Notes: a model not told the origin generated them from the letters alone. Counted from the stretch's first letter, positions 22,858 through 37,357 are shown. The stretch: DNA of 64,000 nt from Eutreptiella sp. 'Long Island Sound 2002' (GCA_964036045.1 OZ038378.1:16802001-16866000); one strand, 5' to 3'. Numbers and translations are program-made.

Positions 22858-25800
22858 ATGGTGCACACCGAATACTATGAGCTTTTGGGTGTGAAGCCGG
22901 ATTGTACCAATACTGAATTGAAGAAAGCATACCGGAAAAAGGCGTTGGAGTGGCATCCGGATAAACATGCCAATGCGGGTGAAAAGGCGAAAGAAGAAGC
23001 AAACCAAAAGTTCAAGCGGATCAACACGGCCTATGAGGTGTGTCCTGATGCGCTATGGTGCAATCCACACGAACGTTAAGCGTGTTATCGCCAAAATACT
23101 TCGACCGCAAAGTGTTGACTTTTGATTCATCTTTTCAATGCTAGCCACCATCCCCTTCAACTCCCATTCATTCCAGGTCCTATCCAATCCGGAGACAAGA
23201 CGAATGTATGATGTCTACGGGGAGAAGTCCGAGGAAATGCCCGGACGACAACAACAACAACAACAACAACAACATGGATTTGGTTGGAGACATGCACAAT
23301 GCAATAGACGGGGTTGTGATTGTCCGTCTTGCAATCCTCCGCCGTTTTCTTTCTTCACTGACATGTTCGAAGATGAGGTATGGATGTCATTCTACAAACA
23401 CGTGCAGAGAGGTCACTCCTTGCTAACTGAAGTGCAGTGTTGCATTTTCAAGGTTTTATGGCCACACACCACATCACCGACCGAAAAAATTTTAGTGTGC
23501 TCCCACCCTAGCCGTATTCCCTTCAAGAATGTCCATCAATTCATCCCCAAGTGGGCTAAGGCGCAAAGGATGTCAGCTTTTGCCCCAACCCGAATAAGCT
23601 TAGGGTTGGGGCGAGGGTTCAAGTGTTGACCCTAACCAAACAGTTTTGCTTTTTGTACAACTGGTGCGCGCCATGGTTTGTGCCATGCCTTCTTATTGCC
23701 CCCCTTTCGCTCACTACGAACTTTCTCCATTTGGTGGTGGTGTCGTGTTTCTATGCTGCTTTTGGGCGAACGTGGTGGTTTTGGGGAGCACAAAGGGGTG
23801 TGAGGGGTTCAGCAATCCGCGATTTGCGGCGATCCTTGTGGGGTCGGGGGGGTTAGCCTCCTCCGATCCGCGCGAATTCCGACGTCAACCTTTGAGACAA
23901 CCTGCTGTACGACCCAAATTGGAGGACATTTGCGCTAATTGGGACAACATCCATCAATGTCTCACCAATTGTCGCATATGGATCTCGTCGGGCCGCGCCT
24001 CACTACTTGGCGCTTCTCGGGAGTGGCATTCTTGGTTGCGTTCACTTTATTTTTCAAAAAGCTCCACTTTTGGGTTCCTCCCAATTTCGCATCTACTTGA
24101 GGGACTAGATGTTATGCTTGCGTCGCTCTCGTCACTTGAAACACACATTGATCTCTTAAAGGCGGAATAAGTGGTGCCCCGGCAAGTTTGATTGTGTTTG
24201 GTAGCCCACAAGCGAGGTGGGGGTTCGCTCATCGGATTAGAGTCTGGTTTTGCCTTGATGTGATGCATGCGTGCATGTAGCCTTGGTTTCATTGCATAGA
24301 TGATGACCGATCCGAATCAACGCCTCTACAAATCGGACCCCATCTTTGCTGATGTCCATTGCACGTTGCAAGAGCTTCATCGTGGATGCAGGTTTGTTGC
24401 GCCCGAAGGGATGAGGGCGGGCAATCGGTCAAACCCGGCTTTGAACGCACGCGTGTCCCGTGCCCAGAACGTGAATAATCAATTCGGAACTCCGAAGTGA
24501 ATTGTAATCTGTCTCTTCCCCCGGAGCCATGTCCTCAAAAGCTGCACCGGGCACGGAAATGACCTGCTACAGGACCATCAAGGACACTAAAAATATTCTT
24601 CGGTCATGACAATGTGCTTTTGGTCCCCCTACAATAATTCCATGATGGTCTCAATGCAGCATGCAACCCCCAAATGCGCAACTTGCAGTGTGCATAGTGC
24701 ATGGGGTGCATTGTGCCGCACCCCCCCCCCTAGTCAACAGTGGTTAAATTCGTGCAATTTCGTGGGTGAGAATCGCGTGTTTGTGCCACTATTCACGATT
24801 GTGCCTTACGCTCCGTGATGTTCAACCCTTTATCAATGTAGGCAGGCTTCACCAGGGTGGGAGCAGGCCTAAGTTCTGTGCACATGGGTAGGATGTGCCC
24901 GTTTCTTGCGCAAACTAGTGGTATCGTCATATTGGGTTGAATCCAAACCACCGCGGCCCAGTTTTTTGGCAATTGCACGCATTTTGCTTGTTGTTGCTCG
25001 TTGTTGTTGCTGCTTGCCAAAAGGGGTAGCTCCACCCCACACCCTAAAAAACGGGGTTTACAACCCTATTGGTGACAATCCCTCTAACGACCGTGCCAAG
25101 GGAGGAAGAGTGGACGAGCACGTAGCACAAAACCACACTTGGACTCTCGCACTCTCGCACTCTCCCACTCTGTGTCCCATGAACACCGTGCCTGCCGGAC
25201 GCTGACACCGTGCCTCAGTTGTTGAGGGCGGTCCTTGCAGAACAAGAAAGGACGTGGCTTTGCATGTGGCCTCGGAGTTTCTCTTAAAGCGTGGCAAAAT
25301 GACAATTCATGGGCCTCATTACCTCACAATTTGTGACAAGGGTGTTGTTGTATTGGGAGGGCTGTCTCCATGCCCCCTTCATGCAGCAAAGTGGTCACCA
25401 TTCGGAGGCAGCGGAATGTTATGGGGTTAATGCCTGTTGATGAAACAGTGGATTTTGACGTGGATATCAAAAGGGGCTGGAAAGCAGGTGTGTGTCAGCC
25501 CATTGCGGCCGAAAGTAGTCACAAGGGCTCGTGGCTCGTGGCTCGTGTTCCGTGTGTTCAAACTGAGAGGGATGCCCCCCTGCCATCGCTGCTATTGGCA
25601 TCAACATGGTATTTAGTGTAGGTTTCAGTGTGGCACGTGTTGCGAGATCTTCCAGTATACACATCTTCTGGCAGCGTTCCTCACGACGTGGGGGCCATGT
25701 GGGCATTTCCAATGAGAGTACATACAAGGCGTGACCATGATGTGTTCGGCAAGCGAATACAAAGCGCTATGCCTGGATTCCTGAAAAACATTCCATTTTC

Positions 25801-28800
25801 AGTCTGTTTATGTTCACAATTTCTTGCATTGCACTGCCATAGCACGCCTTTGATGGGTCGGAAGCACACGAATGTCAAAGCGGCAAGCCTGTGCACAATG
25901 GCGCTGCCACTGATTCCAATACCCGGACAAGGCAAAACAGGCAAAAATGAACCATGGCACCAAGATAATAGGACACGACAATTGCATGGAGTGCACCGAA
26001 CAATACCGCAAAGAGGACCAGTGTCGGATAAGGCAAAGCGCACACACAGCCACGGAAACACGAAGTTGTAACACGCACGGGGGGGTCGCTGGGCCCGGGT
26101 CCTTTTCGCCCCCCCCCCCCTCCCCCCTCCCCCCCTCCCTAGAAATTGGCACCAAAGTGCTGGACTATAGGTGCCGAAGGTGCTGACAGCAATGATGTGG
26201 CAAAGGGTAAAAAATTGTGTTTTCACCCTGCGTGCCTATACTGAATATACTCAGATTTTTCAGCAGAAATCAATAATGGGCAAAAATGGGCATTTTTTCG
26301 GTCCGCCCGAAATACGTATCCCACCTCTGAGCAAAGTGTCTCAGAGATGGCCACTACCCTAGTTGGTGGGACGCTGTACAGACAAACAGAGGGCTGTTAG
26401 TTCCATTCCCAGTCCAAACAAAAGGGTCTTCAATTCCCACTAGTAACAAAAGGGTCTTGAAGGTTTTTCCCCGTTTTTTCCCCATAGCTCACCAAGAGTC
26501 TACTATGCAAAGGCAGGTGACACGCAGCCAATTCTGATTTTGTCCCCTTTGTTGGGGTCCCGAGAACGCAGGGGTTACGTAGCATTCCCGCCCACTTGTG
26601 GGCCCCCGAGAAGGCAGGGGTGAGGCAGCCACTTCTTATTTTGTCCCCCTTAAACAAAAGTACCACCTACCATGCCCCCCCCCCCCCTGTTGCAATATTT
26701 TTTGCCGCTACATCTGCACCTCCAAGTGATCAGCACGATGAGAAGGCCATTTCAAGCCATTTATGTAGGGGTCCGGAGCCCCCTCCCTCCCCCTCTAGCT
26801 GGCCCCCTAACCCCCCCCCCCCTCCCCCCGCCCACCCTGAAAGTGGCACGGAAGCGGGAAGGAGTCGGCATATGGCCCGTTGCTGCGACCCCCCCCCGTG
26901 ATAAAACGTGCACGTTACTCTCATGTGTAGCCGAAATGCACCATTGCCAAGAGAGCACGAAGGTCACAAGGGTGTAATGTAGCAACAGCGAACCCAAAAA
27001 TCTGGAATACTCTTTTTCCCCGTGAGGGCTATGCCAAACAGATGAAATTGCCCAAACCGCGATTGGTGTGTATGCATGTTTGCCATGATTTCCAGAAAAG
27101 GGGGATGCGATCGAAGGAACAACAGGGATGCAACAGTTTTGCACAACCACGCCCACTGGTGTGTCGTGATGCAGGTACACGTGTTATATGGGACGGAGAT
27201 GGGCACCACTGGCCTGGGACGGCTGCAGGGGATGTCGTGCTAACTGTCAAGGAAATTCCTCACAGTCATTTTCGCCGCAAAGGTGATGATTTGTATTACA
27301 CCGTGAAGGTTTGCCCAATGTGGTTCGTGGTTGCGGTTTGCATACGAATGGACGTCGGAATTGGGGGTATCGGTGGTGGAGTCTTGTGTAGTTTGGTGCG
27401 GGTCATTGAGCATTCCTGAGGATCATGAGGGGTTGTCAAGGGGTTGTCAAGGGGTTGGGGGTAGAGAGGGGTTCAAAGACGGCTGGACACGCTCGTCGCT
27501 CGCTGCTCTCACACATCTGAATGGAAGGCTCGTGTTTGCCGAGGGTTTCCTTAAGGGACGAGTTTTTTTTTTAATTTGAGGAAAGTCTAAGACAGCCGCC
27601 GGTAGTTAAGCTCCAACGGCCGACGGTTAATCGCCAATTGCTGAAGGAGAGTGGTACCGCAAAGTAATGGAACAGGATTGGTGTTTTCGTTACATCAGGG
27701 AAAGTCCTGCTGTTCGCAGGTGACCATGGCAGAGAACCCTGAGAACTCCAAAACTCAGGCAAAAGCATGGGCAGCCCAGATAGAGGGACCCTGATTTGTT
27801 CCGGTTAAATTGCACTCCCTGCAGGTTGGCGACCTAGCCGTGGCGTCATCTTTGGTTTCGAACTTGCAGCAAGAAGAACACTTGGAGCTCTCCCATTCAC
27901 TCATAAGGCCCGTTGAGGCTAAGGGCATAGGCATTGTGCATGGTATTGTTATCACCTTACTAAACTTCGGAAATTTTGTGTTTGCCACCTCAACCATGTC
28001 AACCCATTGATCACCTCCACTAAGCTACATAGGCGTTGCACCGCCAACTAGCAATTCCACCTAGGCATCTAGATGGCTTGAGCCACGGCTGCACAGCCAT
28101 CTCATTGATCAAGACATGCTTCTTTTCTAGTGTTTTTTAATGAACATCACCATCGCTTGCTTGAGCCCATACCCCAGTCCCATGTATGCCACTATGTGAT
28201 GTCGTCCATGCCCGACACGCGAGCTGTGAATGAGTGCCACATTTCAATGATGTGGAAGTAGAATTTCAAAATTGTAGTCGTTTGCGGATCAAAACAATGA
28301 TTCGGCTTGAGCTTTTGGCAGGGCATCTGCCCCATCTAGAGCGCACTTTCTCTAGGATAGGAATCTCCCTTGCATGTCCCGGGGGGGGGGGGCGGGGTTG
28401 GCACAAGGCCTCCCCCAGGGGGGACTTCTCATTGGATGTCAGCAAAAAGGGTGGGAGATAGCACTGCTCGGGCGGTGTTGTTCAGGGGTGAGCCGGAGGA
28501 AGAGAACCACAGCCTTATTGGTGTGGTCATTGGATGTCAAAATAGTGAGATGAAGATATGATGTTGGCTGCTGTTTGGAATAGTGGTTTGGTTGTCCACC
28601 TTGTTGGATGCATCCAAGCCAACGAGGATGAGGTGCAGCCATCAAAAAGTGACTGTTGGACATGCATGACATGATTGCCAAAGGAGGGAGCGAAACGGTG
28701 GAGCTTCAACGGCGATGGCATGGCTACTAGATGCAAATTGAGAAAATACATATCTCTATGGGAATTTGACTCGCTCAATGCAAACTTGGCATCTACAATG

Positions 28801-31800
28801 TGCATAGCTGTCGCCAATGGACAATAACTGCTGACCAAGAGCATTTTCAAAGTGTTTTAGTGGATATGGGTCGCTGTGCATGATGGGCATGTTGGCACGG
28901 GAGTTTGAGCCACTAGGCATTGTCCATGAAGAGCATCTTGTGCGGGACCTTGCCGGGATGGCAAGGGCAATGGCAACAAGAAGAGGATGGGGGTCTTGGG
29001 TGGGATACGTACACGCAAAGTCCTCCTACCATCATACCAAGTGAGGCATGAAGTCAGGGGGTCATGAAATCCTTGGCCCAAGACCCCACACCAGGGATGG
29101 TGTCAGGGAATCGACTGTTGTCACCTGTTAAACCCTAACCCCCATGTAAGTACCCCCCCACTTTATGCACCCCCCCCCCACTTCATGGGCTTTACCCCCC
29201 CCACATTTAATGTACCCCCCCCCCCTGCGGGGCTGGTCGAAGATGCAATTTGATGACCCCCCCCCCCACAAACTGCCGAACCCCGCACCTACCCACATCC
29301 CGGAACAAGGAGCCTCAAAACACATGAAAGGTGTCCTGCGAAGCGTGTCAGAAATGTCACTGAAAGAAGCTGCGGATGCCGAGTTTTTTTTGCCTCTTGG
29401 CAGGAGGGCAGATACCCTTGGGCCCTAGCCTGCTCTCAGTGAGGGCGAGGGGTCTCCTCGGGGGGGCTCAACCTTGGGTAAATAACGTGGCCCCGAGAGC
29501 TGTCCCTGCCGTTGCTAGCATATTTCTGCCGTTGGCCCCCCTTCCCTAGCCTCCCTCACCCCCCATTTCCACCCTTAACTCTTCCGATAGCCTACACGGA
29601 TTGAGAGTTCCTAGTCCTTGCCCTCGCAATGCAGTGGATGCAGCGGGGGGGGGGTCTCTTTTGCATTCAAATTTGCCTGCTCTTGTCAAGAAGGCCAGGC
29701 CACATGAGCCCTCACCGCTGCCGCTCTGCTACCAGCCTTGAGTGCTCTTGCCTGCACTGACGTGTCCTCAAACCACCGCAGAGATACGTCAATCAGTTCT
29801 GTGTTGTTGGCCCATGCTGCGAAACAGGATGAACCAGGGGTCAACGTTGGCCATTTGGCCGAGTTTGGCTACGGCCATAGCGCTTTGGAAGGTCATTTTG
29901 CCCGATCGGTGGCTATTTCTGCCCATCTGAACAGCGGCCCAACTGAGGCCGCCCGGACTTTCTTTCATGTGCATGAATATTCCAGCCATTGTTCGGATGT
30001 GGGTCACTGGGTCACCAGTAAGGTTGTATTTCCCCTCGTAGGCCTAGGGCGGAGACCTCCTTTTGTGCACAGACAAAAAATCAGAATTCCTGAATGGTGC
30101 TTTGGTTTTTGCGCAAACGTTGGAGGACGATACCTAAGTTGAAGTTGAATCACACAGATTAAGGCAAAAAGAAAACCAGGCTGCCTCCAGGCCCTGCACA
30201 TTCGGGTGATGGGCACCCAGACCTGTCCAAAAAAGCGAAAAAATGCAGAGTCCTGATAGTTGATGGTGCATATGATGTGCGTGGCGGGGCCCATACATTG
30301 CACACACATTTGGCGCAGTGCATGTTGTGCACTTTGAACACAACACACTGCACATCGTGTGCCCCACACGCTATGCAGTGCGCACCCTGTGTACTGCGCA
30401 CTCTGCATACTGCGCACTCTGCACGCCAGGCTGCACCCCGAGCATTTAACACTCTACACACTGGGCACACTGCACAATGCATGCGTGATCAATCTGCACA
30501 CCGTAGACCGCACCGCACTGCACTTCGCGCATGACACACTGCACAACGCACTCTGGGCATTGTGCACTACTGAAATTCCGGCTGTTAAGGATCGAGAATA
30601 TTCCTGCGGGAGGCACATTTTGTCACTACAGCATTTGACTCTGAGGTGACATCTCTTGAGTGGTTGGCAACGGTGTCTCTCAGGTGGGCCTCCGCGGCAG
30701 TTCACCCACGGTGGAAATTCCGCTATTGGACGGGAGCTCAGTCACTGTTTGCGATGGTATGCAGGCCCCAGGATAAATGCCTTCTGAACAGAACAGAACT
30801 TCCTGTTGCTCATCACCTGTGAAAGCAAGGTGGCACCAAAAGTGATGGGCCCGCTCTGGTGGTCTGATTCAGCCTGCGATATAAGAGATAGGGGGGACAA
30901 TAGTTCGTGAGATAGATCACGTCCTCGTCGTCACAGGGACAGCAAATGCTATGTCCAGCACTGTGTCCACGAATTCAGGGAGGGGTGCGTTAGTGGCCAT
31001 GCTGGATGCAGTTTCTGGATGGTGACATACAAAGGGCTTTGGGAGGCCCCAGGTTGGAGTGATGTGTCAGGTGTTGGTAACTCATGTAGTTCGTGAGGTC
31101 AGGGCACAGACTCCGGGCGACGCCCACACGGCCTGCCCCCGACTGGTGGGCACAACACAGGGCGGTCCTTTGGGACCGAGATTTTTTTTTTTGTTAAGGA
31201 CCGCCCTTAAGGACCGCCCCAAGGGACCATCAACCGCCAACCACCAACCGCCGCCAACCGCCAACTGCCGCCAACCGCCAGCGGCGACCAACCGCCAACC
31301 GCCAACCACTGCTAACCGCCATCAACCACCTATCCCCAACCACCAACTGCCGCCAACCACCATCAACCGCCACCAACCGCCAACGACCGCCAGTCGCCAG
31401 TCGCCAATCGCCAACCGCCAACCGCCAACCGCCAACACATGGTGTGCCCGTGGGCATTTTTGGGAAACCGGGGTACAGGAACACTTCTTTTTTTTTCTTT
31501 CGTTAAAGACCGCCCTGCCACAACCAGACCCCGCACATACCCAGCACAGGGGAAGGGAGAGAGGGAGGGTGCAGGCCAGTGGAGACATTTAATGGCCCCC
31601 GTATGGGGCCGCGTTCATGCATATGGGGGCATGTGATTTGCACTGTAGTCTGGAGGGGGGCTGTGTAAAGCAGTGTTTGGGTCTTGGTGTTCGCATATCA
31701 GGGCTGTCGTACGTCATATTTGTGGGATATTGGCAGGACTTTGGGCTGTGGCATGTATTGTCGGCTGCTCTTGATTGTTTAAGGACCATAGAGAGGTGGT

Positions 31801-33639
31801 GCATGTGGCCATCATACACGAAATACCCCCAGGAAAATGTGACGTCCAGGGACACTGATGATTGTTGCTGAGGCGGTTTTGAAATCCCCTGCTACTCTAT
31901 TGTACACTCGGTAGCTTGATAGCATGATCATTCACTTTTAATTGGGAGCTGATTTGACATGATATCAGGAGTCTTTGGTGCGCATCTTCCACGTTCGTTC
32001 TCATAGATTCTACTTTGTGAAATCTATATGTTGCACTCCCTACCCACCTACACAGACTCAGCACACATGCTCGCGCTCAGGTATGCATCAATTCTTTCAT
32101 TCACCAGCTCCCGCAGTTTGGGTGGCTGCCGGCTGCACCAGGCTATGATCTTTAATATGCATCCCTATTCTGAGCTGAGGCATGCAGTCGTCACTAGTAC
32201 CTCCGGCTATTTTGACGGCCTGCGTTGCCGTAACAGCATTCGATTACGGAGCTTAGATGGTTTGCAGTCCGTGTGTCGACGTGGATGTCCTGGGTTCGGG
32301 TGCCGGATATTCCAGACGCATTGGGTCCTTTTGTGGAAAGGGTTGTGTGCTCTCTTTTCTGGGTTGCAGGCAGTATGTTGATGAAGCCTGGCACGCAGCG
32401 CATCATCCCGAGCAGGGGCATGCCCAACCAGAAAACAGGTCGGAACGTGGGCGTGGGTGTTGCTGCGTTGCGGGTGCGAGCAGGCCCAGGGGCGTTTCCA
32501 TTGATGTGATCCAACGACTGCACGTCACATCAGTCCATCGTCCACCGAATCAAGTGTGGTCAGGCCTGACCAGATCATGAGGGTGCATGGGCACGCCCAA
32601 TCGGATCATCTGCATGCGTTTTCTCATGACCAGATCATTAGTACGCACAGGCACGAACGACCAGATCAGTACTGCGCTTTGCCACGCCGGAACACGCATG
32701 TGCGGGCGCGGCCAACGCTGGCGACCCTGCGCCAGGTCACCAGCTCGAACACCCCTCGGGATTTTCGCATCCGGAGCACGAGGAGGAGGACAGCGCGTTC
32801 GCGAGTCCACGGGGGTCACCGAGCTGTCCCCCGGTGGTGCACAGCGGAGGGAACCCGAGAGCCAGGCCAAACAGTGCTGTTCACAAGAGCTACATCGGGT
32901 TCTCCCTTGGGGACGATGCCCCCTCCGTCCCCTCGTCGGTGCAGGAAGCCCCACCCTTTATTTCCCATGGCCGATTCCTGGCGTCACAAAAGAAACTCAA
33001 AGAAAACAGCAGAACACCCAAAAGCAGAATGAGCGCGAGAGTTCAGAGGGTCCCTTGTCTTTTTCGACCTCATCAATTGTTGGTGCCCCCCGGGTCAATG
33101 CCCCCAGCTTGAGATATCGGCCGCTTTGCGGCACATTTCACTGTGTCACGAACGGACGTCAGTTGACCGGCAACGGCCGTCCGTTGGGCGCCAAGGGCCG
33201 ACGGGTCTTCCGCGCATTCTGACTCCCGCCAAGGGCCCACAGGCGTGGGGAACACCGGCGTCGGAGACCATTCGTCGTGCCCCGCCTACGCGCAGGGGGA
33301 TGCTGCTCTCCACGTTGCACGCCGCACTCCGCACTTGCGCATTGCCCCGCACACTTCGCACCCTGTGATTTGTGCAGTGCCCTGTGCACATTGCACTGGG
33401 CCAAAGGGGGTCTTGTTTTGCGTTTGGATGGTTTTCTCAGGGCTTGAGGGGGACTTGATTGTGCAGTTCGAGTCCTGGGCTACGACGCTGCTCAAAGTTG
33501 CGGACATTGTTACGAAGGGCGATTTCACGGAATGGGTCCCCCCTCGTGAATTGTGGTGGCCCATCGCTGTTGCTGCCGGCGGATGTCTTGCAGCCCTTCT
33601 GCTGCAGTCCAGACTGATGGGCCATCTGTTTCAGAAAAG
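22858..33639 (+). CDS. dnaJ: Class B (type II) DnaJ/Hsp40 co-chaperone with C-terminal hydrophobic segment; spliced, final exon uncertain
   Basis: Exons 22858-23037, 23177-23377, 24300-24391, 25387-25487, 27175-27308, 30684-30756, 32370-32438, 33441-33639; all GT-AG and phase-consistent. J-domain with HPD; C-terminal domain motifs [60 protein letters not shown]. It ends either by read-through to the stop at 33781 or through a small exon 33973-33985. Confidence 0.92.
26100..26700. repeat. Interspersed repeat(s) in DnaJ intron
   Basis: Bounded by poly-C tracts; internal direct repeat attttgtcccct at about 26537 and 26638. Confidence 0.4.
30260..30560. repeat. Low-complexity tgcac/cacac repeat
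   Basis: Direct reading. Confidence 0.75.
31158..31517. mobile_element. MITE-like element with internal (CCAACCG)n array, possibly hAT-derived
   Basis: TIR CAGGGCGGTCYTT at 31158 and its reverse complement ending at 31517; flanking 8-mers gcacaaca and ccacaacc match 6/8. Confidence 0.6.
32565..32670. repeat. gaccagatca short repeats
   Basis: Recurs at about 32569, 32627 and 32659. Confidence 0.6.
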
Positions 33640-34099
33640 GTCTGAATGCGCCTGCCCTGTCATTTATGGGAAGCACAAGTCTCGAGCTGTGCAGCAGTGC
33701 TTCAAGGAAATTGGGCTTGCTCCGCTAATCATGTTATTTATGGGTGTTCTGAACCGATGGTCAATGGACGTTGTGTTGTGACACATTTTGAATTTGAAAT
33801 ATAATCCTGCCTCCACCACTGAATAGCCCCCCCCCCCCCCCCGCCCCAAAGGGTGGCCGTCGTGCCCATCGCCTAATACCCACCCTTTTCCCCCAAACCA
33901 ACACCACGGGAGCAAAAATTCAAGAAGAGGTCATCGAAATTTGATTCCTGATCCATTCCAACGAAATTGCAGGTGCTCACAATGATGTATTGATTATTTT
34001 ACCAGCGCTGGGAGGGAGGGAGACACTGAACACAGCAGGATTGGTGCTATTACTGCCACCAACCGCAAGTGAGGGGTCTTCGAGGTTGGGTCGGGTAGT

Positions 34100-35480
34100 G
34101 ATGTCATGTTTCAGAAATGCCACTACACGCGCAAGATTTCACTGCAGAGTCTCGGGCTTGCACCCCGACAGGGGTGAGCTGGCAGCCGGGAGCTGGGAGG
34201 TAGGTGCTGCAGCTGGTCTCACATGAAGCTGGCACGGCGGAAGTCACAGAGTCCCCGGTGCAGAAGGATGCATGCGTGCGCCTGCAGCAGGAGGCGTACA
34301 AGCGCAGTCGGGTTCCTGCCTGCTGCAGGCAGGATACTCTAACGGGGCTTGCCCCATAGGGGAGACAAAGGAGGCTGTACGCAACAAAAGGAAGGTTTGT
34401 TCCCAACACAAAGACATTGAGGCGTGATTATCAAGTGTTGTACAAGCGAGGAGTCGTCAGAAGTTGCGCGGGCAAGATTTGATCTGTACACAAATAAAGT
34501 GGCGAGGACAACAACACATTTTGTTGTTGTATTGGCTTCTTTTTTGGTCCCAACAGTGACATCAGTTGTTCTGAAATTCCTGAATGGCGCTGGCGACAGC
34601 TCATCGATCAAAGATACCTCATGAGATAGACACTGCTGTCTGGCATATGTATATTCAGCTTTGTTGGCCCACAAAAGGAGTGCATTTTTGGCCAGTGAGT
34701 GTTGTCCCGGCTCTACAATTGCTCTCCTCTGCTTCCTCCCTCTTCAGCCCAGTGATTCCTCTCTCTCCAATGTGTCAGTACCTACCCCTGAGGTATCAAT
34801 TACTTCCGATGCTCTTCCTCAACTGGACCAGCACCAAATACTGCACCAATGGGCGTGCGACAAAGTCCGGCAGTGGAAGCCTGAAATGGATCACATGCTG
34901 CGGGAACCGACCCCACTGTTGGGCTCTGAAATACCCTATGGGGCATGGCTAGGAACGCAGTCATTAAAAGCTGTATTGCTGGCCATACTCTGTGGGGCAT
35001 GGGAATGCATTCACTCTGGTAAATTCCTAGCTATGGGCTACAGTAAGTGCATCCCTGACACACAGTGAGTGTAGTCCTGGCCAAAGTCTGCAAAATGAGT
35101 ATACTCCTGGCCATGCCTGCGCTCACATCGGGGGGCATGAGGGCCCCTGGGCATTGCTGGCACTCCGCAGATATCACAGGGTGAGAGGACCTTGGGGGGC
35201 CCAAGTAACAGGCTTGCAGTATTGCAGGTGCAAAAGAAATGGGACCACAACATTGGAGCCTATTGACTGCAAGACTGCCACCATTGATCATGTGAATGTT
35301 TTGCAGCCCAGTCGATGAAGTCTACAAATCTGCAAATGTTTTGACGAAACCGCGTGTTTTTCAGTTCACCCGCATCTCCATGTTCACACCCATCTTCTGT
35401 GAAACCCACACGTGTCAATGATGACGGCATGTGACCGTGCAAAATCTCACGTCTTTGTGGTTGTGATGCTGGTTTTGGTT
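34100..35480 (-). mobile_element. Degraded non-LTR retroelement RT fragments
   Basis: GFTEDGCEHGD resembles the RT GxxQGD motif; many stops. Confidence 0.3.
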
Positions 35481-35511
35481 GCATTTGTGTCCACGTAGTT
35501 TTTCAGCTGTA

Positions 35512-37357
35512 GAATTGGGGTTAAAGACGTGGACGCGAGGCTTGTAGTGGGGCATTATTTAACGAGCTGCGAGACGCGACAGGCGACGGCGACGGCATGG
35601 TTTGGTCATTAATAACAGTTGCGACATTGCTAGACGCGAGGGGTCTGGCCCAGAGGGAATGCGTAGGTCTGCCGAACCTCTGCATCTGGTGTGCGGCGGT
35701 TCGCTCCCTTCCTTTGGTAACAAAGGAAAATGAAATAGCCGCATTTTACAGCGATGGAACATCTTTGTTAAAATTTGATTTCTCTTTTTTTGAAAAATTG
35801 AGCTAGTGTTTTTTCTCAGCTAAAACATCCATATTTGTGAATGTCTTTCAATTTGGTGGTCACTCTGGTGAAGATCATTGTACCGCCGTCCCATTTCACG
35901 CATTTGCCATTTCTGTCACATTTGCCTTGTTTTCGCATTTGCCTTGTGTTCACATTTGCCTTGTTCACCATTGCCTCGGTCTTCTGTTCTGCGGTCCTGT
36001 ATCGAGGTCGTGTGGTCCAGACTGACGACCAAGCACGACGATGACAATGACCTAGCACGAAAACCGAGGGATGCCACCCCCCCGACAACATCAAAGAAAA
36101 ATACAAAGACAAGATTTCCCATACACATAGTGAGTCCCATTGGACCACCAAAAAAACCATCAAAGCTTTTTTGAGAGATCTTTGGCAACACTATGTAAAG
36201 CCCAAAATGGAGGCTTTGGGTCTCGACCCCACGAAGCAAAAGTGGATTCTTTTTTGGGACGCATATTCTGTCCACCGCGATGCATCCATTCTCCGTTGGG
36301 CAAAGGATGAGTTTGTTGGCCTCATTATATTATTTGTGTCTGCACGTTGCACCAGTGAGCTTCAACCCCTTGATGTGGCTTTCCCATTTAAATTTCCCAT
36401 TTAAAGCCAAAATTGTTACACTGTGTGCGAGTGCAATTGCTGGCATTGTCACGGGGCAACTCGATAATGGGACACAACCCACAGATGTGAAGTTGCAGTT
36501 GTCCCTATCGTACTTAAGGCCCTTATTTGTGGGTCTATGAGGCTTCGTAGTATATTCAGGAACACCGACCCAAGGCAATGTTGGATGGGTTCCACAAGCT
36601 GGGTGACACGGAGTGTTTCAATACTTCACATGAGCGTGTCACATTGTTTCAAGAGGCTTCGTCTTTCAACCGGGACAAAAAGTTGTTTCCTTCGAAGGTG
36701 GGCTCGCCCCCCCGCGATGCCATTGTTTTTGGTGAGACAGATGCTGATTTAGATGAGGTGAACGATGAGCAGCCTGAGGGTCCTTTGGACTCTGAAGAGC
36801 CTGAGTGTGCCCCTCGGTTTGATGATCCACAGGATGACATAGAGGCTCAGATAGCCACAGGTGACCCTGAGCCAGATGAAGAGGCCACTACTTCAGATGT
36901 TGTTAACACTTTCCTGCGCAAGCCTGCAGCTACAAATGAGGAGCCTAATGCATGGCAAAAGCGTGTTGTTGAGGGACGGGTGAGAGGCAGGGGCCGGGTC
37001 CGGAAAAGTCAAGTGAAGATGAACCTTTGAGTCAATGCGCAGCATGAACCAATTGTGAATGTGAGTTGATGACGAGTTGTGCAATGTTTTTGCTATGTTT
37101 GATTGTTGCTATTGGTTAGGCAACCAAAAAGTGGGCCCGGAGGGCCCGAAAGAAAATTTTTTTGGTGGTTAGGGGACAACCAGGGGGCCCGTAGGGCCCC
37201 GAAGCAAAAAATAGGTCAAAAGACGCGAGGCCCAAATTTTGAATTAAAAAAAGATGCGAGACGCGAACCTTTTTGGAGACATTATTATTAATAGACGCGG
37301 ACGCTAGACGCTAACACAAAATCGGACCATTATTATTAGCGTCTTTAACCCCAATTC
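35512..37357 (+). mobile_element. pogo/Tigger-type DNA transposon, internally deleted
   Basis: TIR GAATTGGGGTTAAAGACG at 35512 and its reverse complement ending at 37357, flanked by TA. The inverted symmetry extends to ctgTA...TAcag, so the ends could be 35507 and 37362. Confidence 0.9.
36051..37030 (+). pseudogene. DDE_1 (pogo/CENP-B) transposase pseudogene
   Basis: KTEGCHP...SESHWTT...KWILFWDAYSVH...LFVSARCTSELQPLDVAF, then a frameshift caused by a tandem ttcccatttaaa duplication (about 36381-36405), PFKAK, and an acidic C-terminus at 36578-37030. Confidence 0.88.

Noticed and set aside
28857-29081. [14 protein letters not shown] resembling the DnaJ C-terminal domain
   Set aside because: It is on the wrong strand and the true exon is 30684-30756.
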